Shown here piece after piece: positions 19,734 to 26,662 of a DNA stretch of 64,000 nt. The DNA lies in the IMG/VR virus record IMGVR_UViG_3300047297_000146, positions 1,835 to 65,834 of that record. One strand, given 5' to 3'. The first letter of the stretch is position 1. Each line of letters begins with the position of its first letter. The notes under the pieces were generated by a model. That model was given only the letters and a program-made list of their open reading frames with translations. It was not told the origin of the DNA and did not search any database. Both the position numbers and the translations under genes were made by a program. This DNA comes from a virus. Its lineage: Duplodnaviria > Caudoviricetes.

Positions 19734-19792
19734 TACGTGCGAATACGTGCGAAATACGTGCGATTATCGATAACCTTGCGTTTTACGTGCGA
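19734..19792. repeat. Four copies of TACGTGCGA
   Basis: At 19734, 19744, 19755 and 19784. Confidence 0.8.
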
Positions 19793-20150
19793 TTGTTTTT
19801 GGTTGTGCTACAAACTGTTTTCCTGCCTTATTACCGGCAGCTTTAGCTCGGTTAGTGGCAGCTTTTTCACCCGATGACAGAGCACCCCACGCCTTGTCTG
19901 GCAAATACCGCTTTTTACCTTCACTAGGTGTATTATCGCTAGTGCGCCACTTCTGATCTGTCCACTTTGCTAGGCTATTATCGCTTGATTTAGGGCCTTT
20001 ATAGCCACCGCCTGACTTCTTGTACTGTTGTGTTGCAAGTTGCGCCTTACGGGCAGACCATTCACCGGGATCACCACCCTTTGTGCCAGACTTAACCCTA
20101 GAAACAATAGCTTTCCACTTACTTGGATCTGTCTTCTCGGCTGATGACAT
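19764..20150 (-). CDS. DUF5872-like basic phage protein
   Basis: GGDPGEWSARKAQL, SLAKWTDQKWRT and RYLP.KAW motifs. Confidence 0.75.
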   Translation of the reverse strand: MSSAEKTDPSKWKAIVSRVKSGTKGGDPGEWSARKAQLATQQYKKSGGGYKGPKSSDNSLAKWTDQKWRTSDNTPSEGKKRYLPDKAWGALSSGEKAATNRAKAAGNKAGKQFVAQPKTIARKTQGYR

Positions 20151-20385
20151 CGTCTTTATCCTTTTCTGTTACTTCTTTGATCTCGATATTTGGCAACTTA
20201 CTGATCTCCCACATTGCGTAGTACTTATCAAAGCCTTTTTCGTCTATTGACCTAATATCTACATCCATTGTGACTAGCCATTTCTTGAACTTGCGGTAGT
20301 CAAAATACCCAGCAACGTAGTCAACAATGTAGTATGCCAGCGATGTTACTGCAATGCCTAAGATAAACGCTTGTAATCCAGTCAT
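20119..20385 (-). CDS. Small membrane protein
   Basis: N-terminal TM helix; probably leaderless (TGCTATACT-6nt-ATG). Confidence 0.6.
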   Translation of the reverse strand: MTGLQAFILGIAVTSLAYYIVDYVAGYFDYRKFKKWLVTMDVDIRSIDEKGFDKYYAMWEISKLPNIEIKEVTEKDKDDVISREDRSK

Positions 20386-20402
20386 GACTGCAGTATAGCA
20401 AT

Positions 20403-20518
20403 AAAAAACCACCCGCAGTAGAGGAGGTTACTACGGGTGGCCTATCGCATATTAGAGAGAAAGAAAAAGAAAGGCTCTAATATGCAATATCCCCAGTGCG
20501 TTTACATGCATGGGAGAT
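20403..20518 (-). ncRNA. Three-hairpin structured RNA/3'UTR ending in a terminator, with anti-SD-like loops
   Basis: 11-bp stem with loop CCUUUCUUUUUCUUUCU; 12-bp terminator stem with loop ACCUCCUC followed by U6. Confidence 0.5.
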
Positions 20519-20521
20519 CGG

Positions 20522-20803
20522 TTATTTAAATTTTAACAACTTTGAGTACGAAGTACCAGACATTGCTTGTGCTGCTTGCTTATTACTAATCTTGTTCATT
20601 ACAACTTTATTAGGTACAGCGGATTGAGATGGTGTAGTTCGATCCATCACGTGCTGTGTTAAGGCATGAGACTTTGCTTGAGCACCCATATCTTCAACGC
20701 GTTTGTCGCGATCTTCCTTAAGGCCCGTTCTAATATACTCAGCATTACGGCGGTGCCTATTCTGAAGTGGTGGAGTGTTGTACTGTTTACCTTCATCGCG
20801 CAT
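20522..20803 (-). CDS. Hypothetical protein
   Basis: 93-aa ORF with GAGGT RBS. Confidence 0.55.
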   Translation of the reverse strand: MRDEGKQYNTPPLQNRHRRNAEYIRTGLKEDRDKRVEDMGAQAKSHALTQHVMDRTTPSQSAVPNKVVMNKISNKQAAQAMSGTSYSKLLKFK

Positions 20804-20826
20804 ATCTGTACCTCAGAGCGATTATA

Positions 20827-20898
20827 CTCCTACTGCTGGGATCGAACCAGCGACCGTCCGGTTAACAGCCGGATGCTCTACCGCTAAGCTAAGTAGGA
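20827..20898 (-). tRNA. tRNA-Asn(GUU)
   Basis: Acceptor TCCTACT/AGTAGGA plus discriminator G; anticodon arm TCCGG-CTGTTAA-CCGGA; GGTTCGATCCC; CCA not encoded. Confidence 0.93.
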
Positions 20899-20916
20899 AT
20901 GTACCGTAAGTATATC

Positions 20917-21552
20917 CTACTTGGGTGCTTTGCCAGTAGGTTTCTGTTTGAAGTCAGCAATCTTATTGATGTCTAACATAGCACCACCACCAATACTTGG
21001 GCGACTATTTGGAGCTGGCTTATCAGCTGTAATACCAAGAAAGTTGCTAACACCTTTTACTGAAAACGGAGTAGCTGGCTTAGGTGTTTCTTTAGCAGCT
21101 GGCTTTATAGGTACCCGTGATTCTGTTGGCCTAGGTGCTTTCAGTTGTTCCACAGGTGGTTTATTTACGGCTGGTTTAGGTGCAGTACCACCCATGAACG
21201 AGTCGCGTTCTACTGGCTTTGGCGCAGCCTTAGGTGTCTCCTTAGCAGTTGGCTTAGGTGCTGGTTTGGGTGTAGGCTTAGCACCAAACTCTTTGTCGTA
21301 ATCAACTGGCATATTCTTGGCTGCTTTTTCGCGATAACGCTGTACTTTAGCATCACCTAAGCCCTCATTTGCACGTAAGTTTTTTTGGTCTTGTATGTTG
21401 TTTACAGAGTTAAGGAAAGCATCACGTTGATCTGCAGGAATACTATCTTTTAGGCGTTCATATTCTCTATGCGCAGCCCATTTACCTTTACGGACAGCAA
21501 CATCAAATAAATATCCAGCCGCTTCTTTACCTGATTTAAATTGATTAGCCAT
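20917..21552 (-). CDS. Pro/Lys-rich hypothetical protein
   Basis: PKP/AKETPK repeats; start MANQF preceded by TGCTATACT-7nt (leaderless). Confidence 0.6.
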   Translation of the reverse strand: MANQFKSGKEAAGYLFDVAVRKGKWAAHREYERLKDSIPADQRDAFLNSVNNIQDQKNLRANEGLGDAKVQRYREKAAKNMPVDYDKEFGAKPTPKPAPKPTAKETPKAAPKPVERDSFMGGTAPKPAVNKPPVEQLKAPRPTESRVPIKPAAKETPKPATPFSVKGVSNFLGITADKPAPNSRPSIGGGAMLDINKIADFKQKPTGKAPK

Positions 21553-21846
21553 AATCGAAAGTATAGCATGGTACAGAGTGTAGCAAAACCGTATAGTCAC
21601 TGCGTTCTAAAAGGATCTTAATGTTTTTTCTACGGGGAGAAACAGTTTCTCCGGTGGGAGAAATAGATAGAGGATAGCTGAGAATATATGTTTTGGAGTC
21701 ACTACTGTGCCGAGCCAACCGGGGCACCCCCTTGCCATGCCGGGGTCTAACCCCCGGTACCCCACCCCACGTGACTGTGCCCTAAATCCCGGTCTACATA
21801 CATGGTGTGGACGCCCTTCGGGGTCGTCCGGTTTACATTCCCTTTA

Positions 21847-21910
21847 TTATGTTCACATAATCATTCACCCGATTATGTCCGACGATGGCAGGTTATAGCC
21901 GAAAACACAA
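21847..21910 (+). ncRNA. Hammerhead ribozyme HH1, type III, variant core
   Basis: UGUUC^ (cut after 21854); stem I ACAUAAUC/GAUUAUGU; core CCGACGA (U4C) plus extra U; stem II GGC/GCC; GAAA; stem III AACA. Confidence 0.7.
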
Positions 21911-21927
21911 AAGGAAAACTAGACATA

Positions 21928-22278
21928 ATGGCAACGACAACGACAACGCCCGCAACGCCAGCGGTATACGCTGGCGCACAAACGGCGTACACTAAAGCGC
22001 TACAAAGTATTGACAATCACGTATCATTGAATATGCTGATTACAAAGTCAGTAGCAAACCGGATTATACAGCCCGTTGAATGTGCATACATTCAAGGTAT
22101 CAAACGTCGAAAAACAACCATTGACGCATACAAAGCGGTTATGCAAGTATTATCCGCTAAACTTGCGCCTGTGCTAGATACTACCGGCAAGGATTACGAT
22201 TCTATCGCCGCCAGCATAAAGGGATTGACGGCGGACGCGCTTGGGCAGGCAATGCTCGGTGTAGACGGGGACGCATAG
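21928..22278 (+). CDS. Early hypothetical protein
   Basis: AAGGA RBS then ATG at 21928 (MATTTTTPATP...). Confidence 0.7.
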   Translation: MATTTTTPATPAVYAGAQTAYTKALQSIDNHVSLNMLITKSVANRIIQPVECAYIQGIKRRKTTIDAYKAVMQVLSAKLAPVLDTTGKDYDSIAASIKGLTADALGQAMLGVDGDA

Positions 22279-22286
22279 TCCCCGCA

Positions 22287-22321
22287 GGCACCCGGTGTAA
22301 GATACCGGGTGCCACTTTTTT
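22287..22321 (+). terminator. Intrinsic terminator
   Basis: GGCACCCGGT/ACCGGGTGCC followed by ACTTTTTT. Confidence 0.7.
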
Positions 22322-22353
22322 CGGAAAAAACAAAAACAAAAGGATAATGAGTC

Positions 22354-22641
22354 ATGTCATTCGCACAACACACACAATCGGAATCACGTCCTGTTACACA
22401 GGTGGCAATATGGAAAGTGTTCACCATGTACGGACCAGACGCAGCAAGTAACGGAACAGACTTTGTCTACCAGATGTCAGACTGGACGGGTGGTCGCTTG
22501 CTCAATGACCTACTCCACGCAGCGAAGGGGCACACAGACACGCCACTGACGTTTGAAGACGCATACGTCATTGCAACATATCAGTGGAAGGGCAACCCTG
22601 ACACGTTCGAGTGGAAGGGCGCCATGTTCGAGAAGTGTTGA
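22354..22641 (+). CDS. Early hypothetical protein
   Basis: A-rich leader with AAGGA RBS; 95 aa. Confidence 0.65.
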   Translation: MSFAQHTQSESRPVTQVAIWKVFTMYGPDAASNGTDFVYQMSDWTGGRLLNDLLHAAKGHTDTPLTFEDAYVIATYQWKGNPDTFEWKGAMFEKC

Positions 22642-22674
22642 TGTCAATGGGGGGCGCAAGCCCCCTACCTTTTA

Positions 22675-22734
22675 ACGTGTCCTCATTGGGTGATGCCAAT
22701 GAGCTGACGAGGCCAGTCTACAGGCGAAACACGT
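22675..22734 (+). ncRNA. Hammerhead ribozyme HH2, type III
   Basis: ACGUGUC^ (cut after 22681); stem I CUCAUUGG/CCAAUGAG; CUGACGA; extra G; stem II GCC/GGC; GAAACACGU. Confidence 0.88.
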
Positions 22735-22760
22735 AACACACACAAAGGAAACTAACCGCC

Positions 22761-23003
22761 ATGCAATTCAATGGCACTTTCATGACGTCTAATCGTCGCT
22801 TCAGCTTCTCAATCACAACCCCAACTGCATTGACGCAGACAACGATCAAGATAACGAGCGCACAAGGTGAGTTCTCGGTAACACGTCACATTGACACCTA
22901 CGCTGAACTCGAAAAGAACATGATTGCGGTAGCGCGTATCATCGGTGGCGGTGATGACGCAAGCGTATTGGCGTTGGCTCGGATGATTGGAGAAAGCAAG
23001 TGA
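22761..23003 (+). CDS. Early hypothetical protein
   Basis: AAAGGA RBS; 80 aa. Confidence 0.65.
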   Translation: MQFNGTFMTSNRRFSFSITTPTALTQTTIKITSAQGEFSVTRHIDTYAELEKNMIAVARIIGGGDDASVLALARMIGESK

Positions 23004-23131
23004 AGAAGTTCCTGAACAATGGTCTGGTGCGGTTTATCCTTGATGGATTGACTGCAGTCATTATCGTCGCTGGTTTGCTGTTCATCTATTGGGGGCTGTC
23101 AACACTCCCGATGCATAGATACGGTCACTAA
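23000..23131 (+). CDS. Small single-TM protein (43 aa, not in ORF track)
   Basis: GTGA overlap with upstream stop, GGAG RBS; MKKFLNNGLVRFILDGLTAVIIVAGLLFIYWGLSTLPMHRYGH. Confidence 0.6.
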   Translation: MKKFLNNGLVRFILDGLTAVIIVAGLLFIYWGLSTLPMHRYGH

Positions 23132-23162
23132 GAACTACGGGGTGGTGCTAACGTGCCACCCC

Positions 23163-23221
23163 AACGTGTATCTATAGGGTGATTCCTATGGACTGATGAG
23201 GCAGTCAAGCCGAAACACGTT
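23163..23221 (+). ncRNA. Hammerhead ribozyme HH3, type III
   Basis: AACGUGUA^ (cut after 23170); stem I UCUAUAGG/CCUAUGGA; CUGAUGA; stem II GGC/GCC; GAAACACGUU; canonical core. Confidence 0.93.
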
Positions 23222-23262
23222 TAAAACCTTGTCAGATATCAAAACAAACAAAGAGGTATCCC

Positions 23263-23886
23263 ATGGATAACCAGTTCCGTTTCAACATATCCTTTAGCCC
23301 ATACGGGGCTATCCCGTCACCCGTCGTGTACACCGATGCAAAGCATGATGTAGATAACATCTGTGCTGCAATCCTCGGAGAATCATTACGCCGTCGCACG
23401 TACTATGACGCTCAGGTTGAAGAGCGTCCATACGTAGACGAATATGCAATGAGCGATGCTCGTATGTATCTGCAATGCGCATTCATGTGCGTAGTACAAG
23501 AACAGTACGGTGAGGCGCTTAACTGGTATGACATGGCACACAAGAACTTCTGTGGCTACATTGACCCAGCCACCGTATCCACAATGCACGGCGCCGTTTG
23601 GATGGTGCGTGATGATGAGAGTTGGGGTGTGTACATGAAGGCTGATGTTGTTACCGGGTTTGGTAACACAACTGCCAACATTAAAATCGCCGACATCGAA
23701 CCGCACCCATATAAACCGGGCAAGTACACAGCCACTGTACTCGACCGCATGGAAGAGTTGAGGTATGGACAAGACGGGTGGTTTGCGCACCTTGATAAAT
23801 CAAGAGCTGCATACAAACAACAACAGATCGATGCTAAGGGCATCGACTTTACATACGATGACGATGTTGAAGGAGAAACAAAGTGA
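23263..23886 (+). CDS. Early hypothetical protein
   Basis: GAGGT RBS; 207 aa. Confidence 0.7.
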   Translation: MDNQFRFNISFSPYGAIPSPVVYTDAKHDVDNICAAILGESLRRRTYYDAQVEERPYVDEYAMSDARMYLQCAFMCVVQEQYGEALNWYDMAHKNFCGYIDPATVSTMHGAVWMVRDDESWGVYMKADVVTGFGNTTANIKIADIEPHPYKPGKYTATVLDRMEELRYGQDGWFAHLDKSRAAYKQQQIDAKGIDFTYDDDVEGETK

Positions 23887-24323
23887 AGAAGAAGAGTTTA
23901 TTGAAACGCATTGAGACCATTTGGCTTGCCAAGCAGGTCAAGAACGAGATGATCAACTTCCACAAGGGTGTTGATGAGTGCGTTAGGGATTTCGGCTACA
24001 GGAAGGAGGAGATGTTGGACTTCCCTAAGTGGCCATACGCACTCAAGACCCCAGACGGGTCTTACGTTTGCACACCCAACCCAGACAAGAGACTGATGCT
24101 GTGTCTGTTCCTTACTGCTGATGAGGCAGAACAGATGAAAGCAATGTTTCATGCGTCAACTGGGAATGACTGCGAGGTTGTGCAACCAGAGCACAACTTC
24201 CCATTCAGGAAGGACATTGTCCTTATGATCAAGGACTGTGGGTTTGAGATGTGGTACGGCACATATCGCAGTGTGTACCACCTGCAAACCATCAAGAGTA
24301 TGGAAGCCACTGGGCTTCTTTGA
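23883..24323 (+). CDS. Early hypothetical protein
   Basis: GTGA coupling, AGGAG RBS; 146 aa. Confidence 0.7.
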   Translation: MKKKSLLKRIETIWLAKQVKNEMINFHKGVDECVRDFGYRKEEMLDFPKWPYALKTPDGSYVCTPNPDKRLMLCLFLTADEAEQMKAMFHASTGNDCEVVQPEHNFPFRKDIVLMIKDCGFEMWYGTYRSVYHLQTIKSMEATGLL

Positions 24324-24383
24324 GACGAAACTTCTCCCATGCGGAGAAGTCTGTGGGACATAGCTACCCCACACTGATGAGTC
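24324..24383 (+). ncRNA. Hammerhead ribozyme HH4, type II
   Basis: GAC-GAAA-CUUCUCC/GGAGAAG-UC^ (cut after 24351)-UGUGGG/CCCACA-CUGAUGA-GUC; canonical core. Confidence 0.92.
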
Positions 24384-24423
24384 AGGCTTAACAAGCAGCT
24401 GCATAAGAACAAAGGAAACACTT

Positions 24424-24630
24424 ATGAAAAACACAAGCGAGATTCTCGCACTTCAGACAGAAATCAGTGAACTATCACGTGGCATGTACAAAACATGGTC
24501 ACGCACGGGTAACACACTACGTGCCAATGAGGAAACCCTCAAGAGTCTAACAAGGAAGCTAGACCAAATGATTCGTGATGCACACAATGCTGACGAAAAA
24601 GCAGCACGTAGCAGGAGGTTAGGTTACTAA
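24424..24630 (+). CDS. Early hypothetical coiled-coil protein
   Basis: AAAGGA RBS; 68 aa. Confidence 0.65.
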   Translation: MKNTSEILALQTEISELSRGMYKTWSRTGNTLRANEETLKSLTRKLDQMIRDAHNADEKAARSRRLGY

Positions 24631-24995
24631 TGGATTTACGCTCTTTCAAAACACTGAAGACAATACTCCAAAGCCCAAAAGAAAACATTGAGGCGATGGA
24701 CCCCATTGGTTATGACATCGACATGAGAACTAAACGTCATACACAACTAGAGGTCAATGAGTTTAGAGAAGATGTTGATAACTACATGAGACTTCATAAT
24801 GAGGCAAACTTTCGCGGGTACATGTACCCACCCACTACATGCGACAACCACAAATGTCCAATGTACAACGGGCAGAGATGGACATTTGTTTTCTACATGG
24901 ATGGTGAGGGATACAAACACTCATGGTCATTCAAGTCAGATGACAACTCCATTGATACCGAGTGCGGTGACCACTCATGGTTACCGGGTATCTAA
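24630..24995 (+). CDS. Early hypothetical protein
   Basis: TAATG coupling, GGAGG RBS. Confidence 0.65.
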   Translation: MDLRSFKTLKTILQSPKENIEAMDPIGYDIDMRTKRHTQLEVNEFREDVDNYMRLHNEANFRGYMYPPTTCDNHKCPMYNGQRWTFVFYMDGEGYKHSWSFKSDDNSIDTECGDHSWLPGI

Positions 24996-25006
24996 ACACA
25001 CCAATG

Positions 25007-25110
25007 ATTGGAGGGGTCAAATTTTATACCCCTCCAATTTTTACTAGGGGGGGAGGGGTCAGATTCTACCCCCCTCATATATTGAATAACAATCATATAT
25101 GAACATATGA
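25007..25110. other. Twin GGGGTCA..TT.TA..CCCC palindromic repeats plus AT-rich tract (terminator and/or candidate replication origin)
   Basis: ATTGGAGGGGT/ACCCCTCCAAT with a T-run; second copy GGAGGGGTCAGATTCTACCCCCCTC; AT-rich flank. Confidence 0.4.
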
Positions 25111-25126
25111 TTGGAAGGACAACAAA

Positions 25127-25360
25127 ATGACACGACAACAAGCCCTTGAGGCACTCCGCGTTTACTGTGAATGGAAATACGACACGACCATTGAGTTGTG
25201 GCCAGCATACACAAAGGAACGCTATCTTGCGATTTCAATGGGTGGTCTCAATAGCCTTGATGAGGCACTCATTATCAAGCTTGGTACTGATTGCAAAAAG
25301 TACATGGAGAATCCAGTTGGTATGCTCGTCAACCAGCTGAGGGAGATGCAGAATGCTTAA
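25127..25360 (+). CDS. Hypothetical protein
   Basis: AAGGA RBS. Confidence 0.6.
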   Translation: MTRQQALEALRVYCEWKYDTTIELWPAYTKERYLAISMGGLNSLDEALIIKLGTDCKKYMENPVGMLVNQLREMQNA

Positions 25361-25670
25361 AGTAGGACAACGAGTCCGCAACGTACGCCGCCCCGATGTT
25401 ATCGGGGTGGTTACCTCTCTTGATGCCCCAAACAATCAATGGGCAGTGAGGCCACAGGACCTGCGTGTGATGGTCAAATACCCACGTTTGACCAAGTTAT
25501 CCAATGGCAAGTGGAAGGGAGGCGAATTGGACGAATTACCTGTAGATCTCTTACCTACAGGAGAAGCGGTCCATGAGGCATTTGATTCATACAAACGTAG
25601 TGGTGATGAGGGTGGCGTTGGCGTTCGCATTGCTGCATACAACAGAACCAAGAGAAGAAAACGATTATGA
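25353..25670 (+). CDS. Hypothetical protein with SH3/KOW-like N-terminus
   Basis: LKVGQRVR...GVV; overlapping start. Confidence 0.55.
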   Translation: MLKVGQRVRNVRRPDVIGVVTSLDAPNNQWAVRPQDLRVMVKYPRLTKLSNGKWKGGELDELPVDLLPTGEAVHEAFDSYKRSGDEGGVGVRIAAYNRTKRRKRL

Positions 25671-25777
25671 TATTTGTTATATGCATTGCCATTGCAACTG
25701 TTGCCATTTTGGCAACAGTTGCTTGGTTCATCTACACAATACACACTTACCAACAACACATCGACAAGGAAAACTAA
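25667..25777 (+). CDS. Small single-TM protein (36 aa, not in ORF track)
   Basis: ATGA overlap; MIFVICIAIATVAILATVAWFIY... Confidence 0.5.
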   Translation: MIFVICIAIATVAILATVAWFIYTIHTYQQHIDKEN

Positions 25778-25778
25778 C

Positions 25779-25997
25779 ATGACTACAGAACAAAAGAAGA
25801 TTGCCTACTACGAATGGGTAGGTCAGATGACATTCCTCAGCCAACTCATGGGCGAGAAGTTCAAGACTCCCAAGAAATCAGATGGTACAGCCGAGGATGA
25901 CATCGAGGTTCTATGGAACTGGTATCAAAACTACAACAACAACTTGGCACGTGAACTAAATCAACTACGCACAGAGGTACGCAATGCAACTCATTAA
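25779..25997 (+). CDS. Hypothetical protein
   Basis: AAGGA RBS before MTTEQKK. Confidence 0.6.
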   Translation: MTTEQKKIAYYEWVGQMTFLSQLMGEKFKTPKKSDGTAEDDIEVLWNWYQNYNNNLARELNQLRTEVRNATH

Positions 25998-26358
25998 TAC
26001 TTATGTCCACCCACAAGATATAGCCAAAAGGGCTTATCACCACTTCCGTGAACAGTTCAATCAACACTTTGATTTCATGTCCATTTCTTCATCCAGTTAC
26101 TCAGCCAACAGTAACGGACACTCAAAAACATGCACACAGATATGCACCATTGAGTTGGAACGAAGAGAGCCATTTCAATCCTGCAGATTCCGAATGGATG
26201 TAGACATTGCAGGTAAAGATGCTAATGTGCAAATCATTGGCTCAGGTGTGCACGACTTGTACATTTTTCCAAGCGACGCAGACGCTCTGGAACTCTGGTT
26301 AATCCAGTTTAAATGTCATCTGCGAAAAGAATTTAGTAAGGATCAAAACAATGATTAA
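25984..26358 (+). CDS. Hypothetical protein
   Basis: GAGGT RBS; tightly packed operon. Confidence 0.6.
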   Translation: MQLINTYVHPQDIAKRAYHHFREQFNQHFDFMSISSSSYSANSNGHSKTCTQICTIELERREPFQSCRFRMDVDIAGKDANVQIIGSGVHDLYIFPSDADALELWLIQFKCHLRKEFSKDQNND

Positions 26359-26662
26359 ACACTACAAAATACTCATCCTCCGCTTTGCTTACCTCCACAT
26401 CCATCCGGGTGGAGGTTTTGAGAAACTAATCAAACTTGCACCGGGGTTCCAACAGTTCCTTGATGGACAAGCTCGCGTATTCCTCGCAGAGTTACTTGAC
26501 TTTGCCGATGCTCATGTACCACATGACACTCGCAACGTCATGGGCTTTGACGACTGGCTTGGCGATGAGCCTACGCATGACGAACATCTACTGTTTGACA
26601 AGTGGATGGCTACACTACAAGAGATGCCTGTACATCCAACAGGCTGGGAGATTATTGACTGA
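26351..26662 (+). CDS. Hypothetical protein
   Basis: AAGGA RBS; overlaps upstream ORF. Confidence 0.6.
   Translation: MIKHYKILILRFAYLHIHPGGGFEKLIKLAPGFQQFLDGQARVFLAELLDFADAHVPHDTRNVMGFDDWLGDEPTHDEHLLFDKWMATLQEMPVHPTGWEIID

Noticed and set aside
19511-20898. tRNAs as prophage attachment sites
   Set aside because: Phage genes lie on both sides; no integrase or duplicated tRNA 3' end in the window.
21721-21792. HDV-like ribozyme (P1 GGGGCAC/GTGCCCT)
   Set aside because: No P1.1 GG, P3/L3 or catalytic C junction could be built.
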